Assembly (NCBI GenBank): GCA_964016885.1
Contig: OZ024742.1
Location: forward strand, 79,174,001 to 79,238,000
Reading direction: 5' to 3'
Source: Eledone cirrhosa
Taxonomy: Eukaryota
DNA length: 64,000 nucleotides
Made by a program: the position numbers and the translations under genes
Shown here: in pieces, positions 26,315 through 40,860 of the stretch
How the letters are laid out: every line of letters starts with the position of its first letter
Numbering within the stretch: position 1 is the stretch's first letter
The notes under the pieces: model-generated
Seen by the model: the letters and a program-made list of their open reading frames with translations, nothing else
What the model was told of the DNA's origin: nothing
Database searches by the model: none

Positions 26315-27174
26315 AGTGCAACTTGGTGTCAATTTTAAATTTTTAATGTTATAACTGTAATTATTTTCTAAATTATATAGTGAGAATTATTTTAGTATGG
26401 GAAAATAATATAAGATAATATAGTTTAATATGATTTACCCTCATGTGGATGAAAATACTAAATTTCTTTCTCATGTTTGAAAATACTTTAAATATGATTT
26501 TATAAATTAAATATGTTAGTATACTTTAATATTTATATAGACATTTATAAACTTTTATAGCCTGTAATATTATACCTTTAGTTTAATCCATTACTCTGAA
26601 CTAACATAAGGAATTTGAAATTTAACGACAGTCGGATAAGTTTGGATATATATGGTGTATAAATAATTGTTAGTATATTTCTTATTAATTGAGGATTCGA
26701 AATTAAACCCTCATATAATTACACCCAGATATATTTAATATTTAGATAGATGGATACTTCTAGATAATTCAAAGATTCGAGTTTACTCTTTCACATAGCT
26801 ATGCCCAAATGTATATTCATGTATTTATCTATGCTTTAAACTATAAACATTATTCCCCGTTGTCTCTCTATCCTTGATCAATTCTCTTTTGCTTTCTATA
26901 CTTCTAGTAACTATATTTTTCCTCATCTGTTTCTCTCTGTCTTTCTTCTTTTTTTTCTTTTTTCTTCAGTAATTTAAATTATTTGAATCTCTAACAGTTA
27001 TGTAAATTGCTATTATGTATTTTTAAGCTTTCTTACACGCACCTTCTGTATTATATGTAAATTTGTTCATGTCTCAATCTTAAGGTATATAAATATTGAG
27101 TCTTGTCATATCATATTCACTACCATGACTGAATCTTAACCATCTACTATATCAGGGTATGTCATGCATCATTT

Positions 27175-27241
27175 TATTTTATCTGATGAGGACGTACTGT
27201 TGAAGATAGCTCAGTACATCTGAAATATGTATAATAAAATA
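27175..27241 (+). ncRNA. Type I hammerhead ribozyme (family B)
   Basis: tattttat-CTGATGA-ggac gtactg..cagtac atct-GAAA tatgta TA-ataaaata. Stem I is 8 bp and the triplet is AUA. Confidence 0.8.
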
Positions 27242-27416
27242 TACTTGATCACACGAATGTCTATTTTTGTTAATATTTTGAATTAATATTAATAACTCCG
27301 GAAAACCATTCCAGTTGAGTGCTACCAATCTATTGTAAAACTCATTCTTTGATTTATTCATTGAACCTTGTTTAACCTTTAAATATATATATATATATAT
27401 ACGGATGTATGTACTG

Positions 27417-27554
<138 letters not shown>

Positions 27555-27564
27555 AAAATGTTTA

Positions 27565-28065
27565 ACACCGACGGCAGAGCTCAAGCCGTCTCGACGGCTA
27601 TTTCTGGACTCTACTACCCTAAATATTGAGTACTCTAGTGAGTTATGGTCCATCTGGTTCCTTACCACACTTCCTTCGTTATATATATATATATATATAT
27701 ACATACATATGTATTATATAACCCTGCTGGGTTAGTTCGGAGCTACCTGTCGAAACGGCAGGAGCTCAGCTGTTGGGGTCTTGATTCTTTTCATATTACC
27801 CACTGTACTACCCTAAGTATCGAGTACTCTGGTGCGTTATGGTCCACCTGGTTCCTTACCACACCTTCTTTGTTATATAGTATATATGTATATATCAGAA
27901 TGGAGGCGGTAAAAACCAGTTAGACCATTACTCACCCGAGTACTCGATACTTGGGGTAGTAGAGTGGGTGATATGAAAAATTCGACAGCTGAGCTCCGGC
28001 CGTTTCGACAGCTAGATCCGAACTCGGATCTGGGTGTTAAAAGCAAGAGCTAAGCTGCCCGTATT

Positions 28066-28164
<99 letters not shown>

Positions 28165-28362
28165 ATATATATATACATATTATATATATATATATATAGG
28201 AACAAGTAAGACACCGACGGCTGAGCTCAAGCCGTTTCGACGAAACGGTTTGAGCTCAGCCGTCGGGGTCTTACTTGTTCCTATTACCCACTCTACTACC
28301 CTAAGTATTGAGTACTTTGGTGCGTTATGGTCCACCTGGTTCCTTACCACATTTCCTTCGTT
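27565..28362. mobile_element. Cluster of (TA)n-associated short elements, family E (hammerhead 3' half, frequent inversions)
   Basis: Repeated GAAACggc(t)tgagctcagccGTCgggg and actctactaccctaagtattgagtac...cttcgt(TA)n. Further copies are at 23935-24012 and 62725-62920. Confidence 0.65.
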
Positions 28363-28525
28363 ATATATATATATATATATATATATATAAGCAAAAGGGA
28401 TATTTAATTTGTTGGTAATTCAACAAATATATATATTTATAACAATTTCGAAGCACTCGACAAGTTTTCTGGAGTATAATATCAATGATATTAATAAATG
28501 TAAACTATATTTATAAAACCATATT

Positions 28526-28586
28526 TATTCTATTATATATATTTCAAGGGTACCAAAACTTTGGTATGCTCTCATCAGATACAATA
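28526..28586 (-). ncRNA. Type I hammerhead ribozyme (family B)
   Basis: Reverse strand reads tattgtat-CTGATGA-gagc atacca aagttt tggtac cctt-GAAA tatata TA-atagaata. Confidence 0.75.
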
Positions 28587-28674
28587 GAAAGCTTGTTTTA
28601 TAAATATTGACATTTACAGGAATGATACCTTAACGGTTCAAGTTTTACCTGGATAGTCATATATATATATCTGG

Positions 28675-28741
<67 letters not shown>

Positions 28742-28750
28742 CATATAAAG

Positions 28751-28787
<37 letters not shown>

Positions 28788-28825
28788 CATATACGTGTTT
28801 TGCAACGGGTCACTTTTATTATATA

Positions 28826-28915
<90 letters not shown>

Positions 28916-28924
28916 CATATAAAG

Positions 28925-28955
<31 letters not shown>

Positions 28956-29020
28956 CATACATATACGTGTTTTGCAACGGGTCACTTTTATTATATATAT
29001 ATATTATATATATATATATA

Positions 29021-29293
29021 TATAAAGAAAAAGAGATGAAATCGAAAATGCAACTGAAGTCTTATTTTTTTTTTAAATATATATATTTATTTGGTTCCTT
29101 TACCGGTTTCGCAGTTCTTCTGCTTTTCAAAAGGTGAGTTGAGATGGAGGGTCTGTGGTTTTTCTCACATCTCAACTCACCTTTTGAAAAGCAGAAGAAC
29201 TGCGAAACCGGTAAAGGAACCAAATAAATATATATACTTTTTTAAAAAATAAGACTCTAGTTGCATTTTCGATTTCATCTCTTTTTCTTTATA
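29021..29293. repeat. ~125-bp-arm inverted repeat carrying a hammerhead on each arm (family D)
   Basis: About 29021-29146 versus 29168-29293, adjacent to (TA)n. Hammerheads lie at 29097-29134(-) and 29180-29217(+). Confidence 0.85.
29180..29217 (+). ncRNA. Minimal type I hammerhead with variant U3-A8 core (family D)
   Basis: cctt-TTGAAAA-gcag aagaa ctgc-GAAAC cg GTA-aagg. Stems I and II are perfect and stem III is the palindrome ACCGGT. Confidence 0.75.
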
Positions 29294-29348
29294 CTTTCAC
29301 TCGTGTAGGACACCTCGGTTATTTTTCATTTTGTAAAAAAAACCTCAC

Positions 29349-29410
<62 letters not shown>

Positions 29411-29437
29411 TATATATATATGCATATATATATTTAT

Positions 29438-29539
<102 letters not shown>

Positions 29540-29789
29540 CCAGCCAGTTACATTCAGATACAAGAGAATAAAGTGGTGAAGGAAAAAGATGATTTTGTGT
29601 GGTGATGTTCATGCCTTTCTCTAAAGTCACATTAATTAGTATTGGAATGAAATTGCGTGAAACGAAATAAGGACATGAGGGATGATTGGTGGTGGTGGTG
29701 ATGGTGGTGGGGGTAATCGAAATCGGAACTTGAGATTGATTCTGTTTGCGAGTTTTATTTCTTTATTTCTGTCATGTATCGGCCCTCTC

Positions 29790-30670
29790 TGGGGTGGTGG
29801 ATTTGCATAATCGTTAGAGCATCGGACAAATTGGTTTCTGATATTTTTCTGTTATTTTACATTCTGAGTTCAATTTAGTTGATGTCAACTTGGCCTGTTG
29901 TCCTTCCCGTATACTGGGGCGATTTAATCGCATTTCTCCTTCTCCCAGATTGCTGGCCTTGTTTTTAAATTAGAAACTTTATATATCCTATCTAGGGCGG
30001 TTGATTGACAAAATCAGTAGGACGCCGGACAAAATGCTTTGTGGATTTAATTACAGCCCCTTACGGCCCTTCAAATGTTGCAGTTAAAATCCCACTGAGG
30101 TTTACTTTGCCTTTCATCATTATGGGTGAAATAAAGTACCAGTAACAAATTGGTGGCTGGCATTGTACCTATATTAGAAACTGTTATTTGTTTCGGTACT
30201 TTACCTGTTAAGTTCAACCTCCACCGAAGTCAACTTTGCTTTTGCTCCCATCCTCCGGGACTGATGAAACATAGTAGCAGTCAAAACTTGATTCAGTGGA
30301 ATGATACGTAATGCCCCCCCCCCCACACACACAAACCCAGCGGACAGAATGGAAAAGGCGTTTCCCCGGAGGATGGCAAGGGTACGCGCTGGAAAAGCCA
30401 CTCCAACTCGCGGGGCTCACACCTGCGGCTGGCCAGCTCAGCGCTTATGGTGGTGAGTAGGGAGGTAGCCTTAGGGCCGAGGACACCAGAAATCTCCACT
30501 GCCAAGGCTACAACCGCAAACCTGTCGGAGAGCGACCGGTATTTGAAGAATTTGGCCTCCTCAGCCCGACGTGCAGCGGAACCTGGGTTAGCAGTCATGT
30601 ACTGGGTTGATATGACCGACTTTCTCCTCCCCCTCTCAAATTTGTTGGCCTTGTGCTTAAATTAGAAACC
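29790..30670 (+). mobile_element. Three diverged SINE family 1 copies (the third is interrupted by a CRE fragment)
   Basis: Heads near 29790 and 29995; core motifs near 29890, 30105 and 30235; a tail at 30598-30670. Confidence 0.65.
30335..30592 (-). mobile_element. CRE-type RLE fragment
   Basis: NPGSAARRAEEAKFFKYRSLSDRFAVVALAVEISGVLGPKATSLL..RELEWLFQR, closely similar to 51075-51325. Confidence 0.85.
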
Positions 30671-30945
30671 AGTATAATATATCCTAGTTGTAGACCAAAG
30701 TTCTTAAAACTGGAGATCAGGCAGAAAAATGAGGATGTGTGGTATTCATGCCATTCTTAATAAGACCATTTATTTATTTATTTATTTTTTTATATATTTT
30801 TTTTTATAACGTATGGTATTAGTAGTAATAGTAGTAGTAGTGGTGATAGTAGTAGTCGTAGTGGTGGTGGTGGTAGTAGTAGTGGTAGTGGTAGTGGTGG
30901 TGGTTGTAGTATTTGTATATTAGAGCTGTGGTGGTGGTAGTAGTA

Positions 30946-30992
<47 letters not shown>

Positions 30993-31610
30993 GATGCTTG
31001 TAGCAGGAGTAGTGGTGGTAGTCAATGTTTAGTTAGCAGTAAAGAAAATGTAAATAAACGAACCGACATATTTGGCCCTTCGCCGTAACTCAACCGGACA
31101 CAAATATTAATATTTATCACAATAATTTCCCGTATTGTTTATTAGTAAAAGAAACGGAAATATGATAACATGCAGGATGCCTGGATATCTAATCCATTTG
31201 CTATGTTGTACCTACAGAAATTTGACTTGTTAGGAAAAGGTTATCAATTAAATCAGTTTGATAATGATTTAGAATAAAATATATATAAACAAAATTATTG
31301 TAATAGATATGTTTCTTTATTAGCCACAGGGGCACAAAAGAAGTGGACAAATACAAAGGGGGAAGTTTACATACAATAAAAACGTGTAAAATATTATCAC
31401 AAATGCAATTAAAAAAATTAGTCGATTTTCCCCAATAGGGGGAGACAGTTCATATGGGTAACACACACCCCCGAACAAATGTGCAACCCTCATCTCCAGG
31501 AGTGCGAAGAGTTTGTACTCCTTTCCTCTCCTTATCCTTTTCCTCTGTAAAGTAGCGGAGAGTGATAAAATGTCTTGTTTATATTTTGTCTAACGCTTAC
31601 GAAGGATCAC

Positions 31611-31644
<34 letters not shown>

Positions 31645-31682
31645 AATAGATGTATTCTTTTCAGGATGAATGATAAAAAAGA

Positions 31683-32690
31683 ATAATTGTTTCTACTTTA
31701 GGCACAAGGCCAGAAATTACCCAGTGCATTACTGGTACTTTATTTTATCGACCCCGTAAGGATGAAAGGCAAAGTCAACCTCGGCGGGATTTGAAGCCAG
31801 AATTGTGATGTTGACAATGTTTATTTTACAATAACCAAGGAGTATTCCGTTACAGTAGTAGTTATTGTTGTTGTTGTTGTTGTTGTTTATCCACATGCCA
31901 GCTCTGTTCATGCAGACTCTATGAACAAAGGCGGTTCAAGGAGTCTTAATGTGCATTATATAATGTGCACTCACTCATTTTGTTCGCGGTGAGAGTGGGT
32001 GATTCTTGGACGTTTTAGTTGATATTTCTAACAGGCCTGGTCATGACCACGTAGAAATGGCTCCCCCTTCGATGTGATAAGGCGACAAACAAACTCCGAT
32101 ATAGTAAATGCTTCTATTTTTGGCGTTCAAGGTCCGCAATTTGGGGGAAGTGAGTAGTTAATTAAATTGAACCTAGTGCGTTACTGGTAATCTATTTTAT
32201 CGACCTCGTAAGGATGAAAGGCAAAGTTAATCTTGGTGGGATTGGAACTCTGAACGTAAAGGGACGTAACTATTTGCTGCAAAGCATGCTGTCCGAAGCT
32301 CTACCGATTCTGCCAAACCTATATAATAATAATACAGTAGCAAGACAGAATCGAAATGTATGAATCGAAATTGAAATCAGTATCGAATCAACAGATTGGA
32401 TTCAACTTAGCATTCGGTTGTTTAGCTTAGATAAGGGCTCTTAACGCTTAATTGAATCGCAGGGGCGCCCTCCTGACACAGTGTGTCTTAGGCATTTAGT
32501 TAAGGCGGGGCCTAAACAGTTTCTCAGTCGAAACAGCTGATTTCTTCTTGAGAAAGAAAGCGAGAAAGTAATAAAGAGGGATATAGAAAGAAGAATCGAC
32601 CCCAGTATACGACTGGTACTACATTTATTGACCTGGAAATGATGAAAGGTAAAGCTGACATCGGTGGGGTTTGGACTCAGCACAGTTAGC
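31683..32690 (-). mobile_element. Three SINE family 1 copies (about 31683-31797, 32105-32315, 32595-32690)
   Basis: The core motif is on the reverse strand in each copy. Confidence 0.8.
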
Positions 32691-33140
32691 TGAAATAAAT
32701 ACCGAGGCTGGTTTAATAAGACGGCCCAACAGCTCTGCTTTTAGCTTAGGTAGGTCAACAAAATACACACACACACACACATGTATTTACACACGTACAT
32801 ATTCACACACACACATATATATATATATATACACGTACACACACACGTTTACACAAACTTACACACACACACACACACACACATGCATACACACGTACAT
32901 ACACACGTACATATTCACACACACACACATATATACACGTACACACACACACGTTTACACAAACTTACACACACATGCATACACACGTACATACACACGT
33001 ACATATTCACACACACACATACATATACACGCACACACACGTTTACACAAACTTACACACACACACACACGCACATGCATACACACGTACATACACACGT
33101 ACATACACACGTACATACACACGTACATACATACGTACAT

Positions 33141-33205
<65 letters not shown>

Positions 33206-33646
33206 CACAGAAATATCAACTGTAATAAGTGATGCGTTATCAGTCAGGTGATATTGTTGTTTGTTGCTGATGGTGGTGGACAAAAATCAATCAGTCAATC
33301 AATAAATATAAATAAATTAAAGAAAGGTGTAGAGGAAGGTGTGGAGGAGGAGGTGCTAAAGGTTAAAAAACGGGGGGGGGGGGAATTGAGGAATAGAAGT
33401 GTGTTCTCTCCGTTGTCAGGTGAGATGTGGTTCTTGTGAGATGTGGCAACAAGTGAAAGAGAAACCTATAAAGAAACTACTACTACTACTACTACTACTA
33501 CAGGAGAGAGAGAGAGGGAGAGAGAGGGAGAGAGAGGGAGAGAGAGGGAGAGAGAGGGAGAGAGGGAAAGATAGAGGGTGTCAGAGAGAGAGAAATAGAG
33601 ACAGGGAGAGAAAGAGAGAGAGAGGGAGAGATAGATTGACAGAGAC

Positions 33647-33722
<76 letters not shown>

Positions 33723-33790
33723 AGAGATAGATTGACAGAGACAAGAAGAATGAGAGAGGAATATAGACAGAGAGGGAGAGACAGATAGAA

Positions 33791-33861
<71 letters not shown>

Positions 33862-34146
33862 AGTTTTAAAGATACGACGCCGGTGTTCGACATGATTATG
33901 ACGATATTATGATGTGGTGATGATGATGATGACAAAAATAATGGTTTCTAACATATGCTCAAGACCAGACATTTTTTGGGTGGTGTGGGGGAATTACTTA
34001 TATCAACCCTACTACATGGCTGGTATTTTATCGACCTCGGTAGAATGAAAGTAAACGTCCATTTCGACAATATTTGAACTCATATTGTGACAAACCTAAC
34101 ACACATACACATATATATATATAATGCCATTTATAATACAGGTTCT

Positions 34147-34186
<40 letters not shown>

Positions 34187-34197
<11 letters not shown>

Positions 34198-34520
34198 TGG
34201 AGGTTGGAAATAGCACGGGAAATATATTTAAGGATCTGTTTTTCTTTTTTTCTTCTTTGATTCGTCAAAATGACATTATTGAAAAAATGAGAGGAACAAT
34301 TCTTTAAAAAAAAGGAGTTTTATAATATATATAAAATATATTATATATACATTACAATATATATAAAATATATTTTATATACATTATAAAACTCCTTTTT
34401 TTTAAAAGAATTGTTCCTCTCATTTTTTCAATAATGTCACTTTGACGAATCAAAGAACAAAAAAAGAAAAACAGATCCTTAAATATATTTCCCGTGCTAT
34501 TTCCAACTCCACTTTCTCTC
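34187..34520. repeat. ~150-bp-arm inverted repeat (fold-back)
   Basis: gagaaagtggaggttggaaatagcacgggaaat...ggagttttataat pairs with attataaaactcc...atttcccgtgctatttccaactccactttctc. Confidence 0.85.
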
Positions 34521-34557
34521 TATAATCCTTGTTTTGTAAAGAACATTATGCCTTTGT

Positions 34558-34659
<102 letters not shown>

Positions 34660-34796
34660 TATGTGTGTGTGTGTGTGTGAGTCCCGAGTTCAATCGGGAG
34701 GTAACTACAGCAAGTAAGGTACTCAATACATTAAGTAGAAGCCATTTCTATATTACATTTGTTATATACATACATATATTTATATATACACACACC

Positions 34797-34869
<73 letters not shown>

Positions 34870-34999
34870 GCATACATACATACATATATATATATACATA
34901 TAGGATGTTCCCCCAAAATGTATAAGCACTTCAACAGCAAACAGCAATCTAATAAATATTGCCTGTACTGGTAATGAAATGTGTATATATATATTTATG

Positions 35000-35725
<726 letters not shown>

Positions 35726-35974
35726 TTTTTCGTTGTTTTTTCCTTTTTCTACCCTTTTCCATTCTGTTACTATTTTTTTCTCTCTCTTTCCCCTTTCCCC
35801 CCAATAACTTCCTTGAGTTATTGACGCCCTGGGGTGAGACATATTGTCTTTAATGCCTTGCAATGTCCAAGACTCCCAGCAGACAACTGATGAAAGAAAT
35901 TGTTCTTCCGTTCTTGCTTTCCTCTTTTAATAAGTACACCTTATTCAGCAACTACACAGCCAGTTTATTCTTAA

Positions 35975-36080
<106 letters not shown>

Positions 36081-36471
36081 CATAATATGTGTAAGTATTT
36101 TATTGTACCACACACGCGCCAAATTACTCACATATATCAAAGAAATACAACTAAAAATGATACTAACTTTCTAACCTGTTGTGGAACCGACTGTGTTTGT
36201 GGCTCGACAAGCAATAAACTTACAACATAAAAATACTGGAAACATTCTTGTCTTTAAATCCATTCCTTGTTTCTACACATACGCGCGCACACAGACACAG
36301 CCACACTCACACGTAGTTAGTTATATTCTAATTATTACACATACGCGCACACTCGTACGCAGACCCAGTGACACTCACACGTAGTTATATTCTAATTATT
36401 ACACTTTCTCCTAAGCAATTACAAATCTCACCTCTGATTCCATTTCACAAAACTGTGTGTATTTTTCATCA

Positions 36472-36514
<43 letters not shown>

Positions 36515-36533
36515 TGTGTATTTTACACCATGC

Positions 36534-36566
<33 letters not shown>

Positions 36567-36665
36567 TGCTTACATGTGTTATAGTTACATGGATCTACAC
36601 GCACACACACATATGTATTTTCATATATATATATATATCACATAAGAAACGGAGAATCCCACACC

Positions 36666-36726
<61 letters not shown>

Positions 36727-36869
36727 GGAATTAAAATACTAGTGTGTGTTGGAGTTAAACACCCTCTTCGTATTATAGAAATGACAGTAAAGGTATAGCT
36801 CAATGTAATTAAATTGGCTAATAAAGACTTTTGATGTATTGAAGGCTTCTTTGGTTTATTTTCAAAATA

Positions 36870-36902
<33 letters not shown>

Positions 36903-36993
36903 ATATATATAACCAAAATTAAGGGTTGTCATGTCTGAGAGACATGCACCACATCCACCGTAGAATAAGCTCAAAAATTAGATCCGAGCAAGT

Positions 36994-37052
<59 letters not shown>

Positions 37053-37317
37053 TTAATATAGAAGTGGCTTCTACAGGACTAGAACTGTTTCATTCGAAGG
37101 AAATCATGTTGATTTTCCTTTGCTGATTTTCCTCTGCTGATGTATTTAGTAACTTACTTACGATTTAAGCCGGGATACACACACACACATTTATATATAT
37201 ACATAGATATATATGTATGTATATATATATATATGTATGTAAATATATATATATGTATGTATGTATGTATGTTTATATATATATATATATATGTAAGAGT
37301 ATATATATATATATAAA

Positions 37318-37506
37318 TATTGTTTCTACTTTAGGCACAAGGCCAGCAAATCACCCAATGCATTACTGGTACTTATTTTATCGACCCCATAAGGATGAAA
37401 GGCAAAGTAAACCTCGGCGGGATTTGAACTCAGACCGTAAAGGGACGTAACTATGCTGCAAAGCATGGCGTCCGACTCTCTACCGATACTGCCAATCCAC
37501 CGCCCT
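37318..37506 (-). mobile_element. tRNA-derived SINE family 1, full-length
   Basis: A/B boxes, core and tail. Confidence 0.9.
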
Positions 37507-37998
37507 ATATGTATATATGTAATGGGTTCACACTTGTGTGAATTGCATTGCAGCAGGGGTGGTGGGTAGGTGGGTCTGTGGTTGATAAAACAACACCAAA
37601 CATACAAACATTCTACTCATAGTTATATAGAGTGTAATACCATTTTTTCATATCAGAGTCTGCAGGAGCCGATACTCAGAGATTTTTCGCCCTTGATCCT
37701 CATATGAGTACTCCTCTCTGTTTATATCTCACTACCTCTCCTTAATGCTTTATTGTACACTTTGCTCTAGCTTTTTTTAAAAAATTCTGCCATTCCTTTC
37801 TCCCCCTCCCTATCTTACTTTGTCTCTCATTTTCTCTACTTATCACTTCCTCTCTCTCTCTCTCTCTCTTTCCCCCCCCCCCTCTCTCTGTCATACACAC
37901 ATTTTCTTCTTTTCATCTATCCTTCTTAATTCTGCACTTTTCTTTTCATCCATTGTTCTAATTCATACATACAACTTTTAACATTATTCATTATATAA

Positions 37999-38350
37999 AG
38001 GGCGGTGGATTGGCAGTATCGGTAGAGGGTCGGACGCTATGCTTTGTAGCATAGTGTTACGCCCCTTTACGGACTGAGTTCAAATCGCACCGAGGTTAAC
38101 TTTGCCTTTAATCCTTACGGGGTCGATAAAATAAAGTACCAGTAATGCAGTGGATAATTGTGGCCTTGTGCCAAAAGTAGAAACAATTATATTATAGTGT
38201 CGATTTGGCAAAGTCGTTAGAGCGACGGAGAGAATTCCGTGCAGCATTCCTTCTGGATCTCTGTGCTCTGAGTTCAAATCCCACTCAGGTCAACTTTGGC
38301 TTTCATCCTTTTGAGGTCGTTAAATAAAAATATCAATCCAATATTGGAAT
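37999..38350 (+). mobile_element. Two SINE family 1 copies in tandem
   Basis: A full copy at 37999-38190 is followed by a diverged copy. Confidence 0.85.
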
Positions 38351-40003
38351 CAATTCTTATTCTATATCTCGCTCTCACTTTCTCTTTCACGGAAAGAAAT
38401 CTACTATGTCCTAACCTGGAGAGAGATGGGCTTCGCCAGGTTTAAATAACCAACATACACCGTATATCACTTCGGCGCTCCTACGATTCCCTCAGGCGAT
38501 AACGGTACAATGGTTTACTTTCTCCCTTCTCTCTTTCTCTCACACACATAGCTTTACTTCCTCCCCTTCTCTCTCTCTCTCTCTCTCTCTCTCACTCATA
38601 GAATTACTCCCCCCACACATACATAGAGTTACTTCCTCTACTCTCTCTCTCTCTCTCTCTCTTTCTACCCCTCTCTCTATCATACACACACACACATACA
38701 CCTACGCATTCACATACATACAAATACACACCAAGACATACACACAAACACACACACCTACGCTCTCACATACATACAAACACTTAAACAAACACACACA
38801 TGCAAAACACACATATACACATACACCCTCATTCATTTGCTTTCCCTCTTACATTCTATTACATTCTATTACTTGTACTTCTCCGATCTTAATCTCTTTC
38901 ATTCTCACTCGTTCTTTTCTTCTCTATCTTCCTTTCTCTACTTCCTTCTTTCGTTTCTTCCATCTTTCCTTTCCTCTATATCTTTTCTCTATTTTTACGC
39001 ATATTTCTCACACATACTCACGCACACACACACACACACATGACACAAATATTCACACACACACGCACACACATACACAGAGGCATGCCTACACAGACAC
39101 ATACACACACGCACACACGCACACGCAACGCCAAAGACACACGCAAACACACATACACAGAAGCAAGCACACATACAAATGTACATATAAACATACACAC
39201 AAACACACACGCAAGCACATACATACACAGAGGCAAGCATGCATACAAACATATACACAAACACACATGCAAGCACATACATACACAGAGGCAAGCATAC
39301 ACACAAACATACACACAAACACATAAGCATGCGTACACACTAACATACACACAAGCACACATACACACAAACACACACGCAAGCACACATATACACAGAG
39401 TTAACATACACATACAACCATACACACGCACACACGTACACACGCACGCACAAGTACACATATACAAAATTATTTCACTGGCAGACTTTTTTTTTTTGCA
39501 TTCATTCACTTTCTTACTTTCATTGTCTTTCTCTATCATTCTCCCTCTCTCTAACACCTTCTTACCCTCTCACCCTCTCACTCTCGCTCTCCTCTCTCTC
39601 ATACCATCTCTCTCTCTACTCTCTCTCATACTCTCTCTCCCTCTCTCTATCACCTTCTCACTCTAGCACCTTCTCACCCTCTCATCCTCTCCCCCCTCTC
39701 TCATACTCTCTCTCCCCCTCTCACTATGACCTCACCCTCCCACCCTCTCTCTATTCTCTCTCACACTCTCTCTCTCTCTCACTCACACATCCCAGGTTAT
39801 CTGTCGATGTGTCTTCCACTTTCTTAAACTCTAATTACATCTCATCCGTTTGTTTTTACTTTCTGTCTTTCTCTCCTGCAAGCCGATAAATTCCAGTATT
39901 CAATCACCTTCTCCTCTCGTTCTCCCTCCCTACCGCCACTTTCACTCAATAACTCTCTCTATCTCTTCCACTTATTAGTGCTAGCTTAATGATACTGTTG
40001 CTC

Positions 40004-40192
40004 TTTCTTCTTCTTCTTCTTCTCCTTCTTCCTTCTTCTTCTTCTTCTTCTTCTTCTTCTTCTTCTTCTTCTTCTCTTCTTCTTCTTCTTCTTCTTCTTC
40101 TTCTTCTTCTTCTTCTTCTTCTTCTTCTTCTTCTTCTTCTTCTTCTTCTTCTTCTTCTTCTTCTTCTTCTCTTCTCTTCTTCTTCTTCTTCT
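40004..40192. repeat. (TTC)n microsatellite
   Basis: Long trinucleotide run. Another lies at about 49607-49684. Confidence 0.95.
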
Positions 40193-40619
40193 TATTATTA
40201 TTATTACCCCCTTCCTCCTCCTCCTTCTTCTAATCCCACGTATTCATCGCCGCCATCTCTGTCATTCTCGCGAGACTTTACAGTCATTATTAATGCCAAG
40301 GTTAACTTTGCCTTTCATCCTTACGAGGTCCAATAAAATAAAGTACCAGTAATACACTGGGGTAATAGCTGGCCTTATGCCAAAAGTAGAAACAATTATT
40401 AATATTTGTATATTATTTCTGTCCATATCTGTTTTGCCTAGTTGTTAGAGCCTCACCTTTGTCTTTCATCCTGTTCTGGTTGTATCTTCTCTCCATACAG
40501 CTGTCATACCCTGAATGAACCAATGGATCCAAACCTGCAGGTCGAGAGGGTGTCTATGTCAGCTCCTGACTACATGGTACCGATAATCCTTAGCGAAATT
40601 ATGGTACATATTTTACCAA

Positions 40620-40829
40620 GTCATAGTCGATTGCGAGTGTCGGACGTTGTTTATATATTTAGACATTTCATATTTGAGGCTAATGTCTTTAAAATATTCC
40701 ATATTTCGTCTGTGCATAGATAACGTCAGCGTCATCCGTTTACGTATGGTCTTAATTATTTTCCATTTAATGACTTATTCCTTGCTGGTGTCCTTGAGGT
40801 GCCATATTTGGTGTGCCAGTTTTGTGGTG

Positions 40830-40830
<1 letters not shown>
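40620..40830 (-). pseudogene. Second Penelope-like GIY-YIG C-terminal fragment
   Basis: Reverse strand TKLAHQIWHLKDTSKE*VIKWKII..YLCTDEIWNILKTLASNMKCLN parallels the 14870-15040 fragment. Confidence 0.65.

Positions 40831-40860
<30 letters not shown>

Noticed and set aside
30261-30270. ctgatgaaac hammerhead-like word (also ctgatga at about 58191 and 61780)
   Set aside because: No stems I-III are present. The 30261 case is a mutated SINE core.
37999-38090. tRNA genes
   Set aside because: The A/B boxes belong to SINE heads that run on into the SINE body; no cloverleaf is supported.
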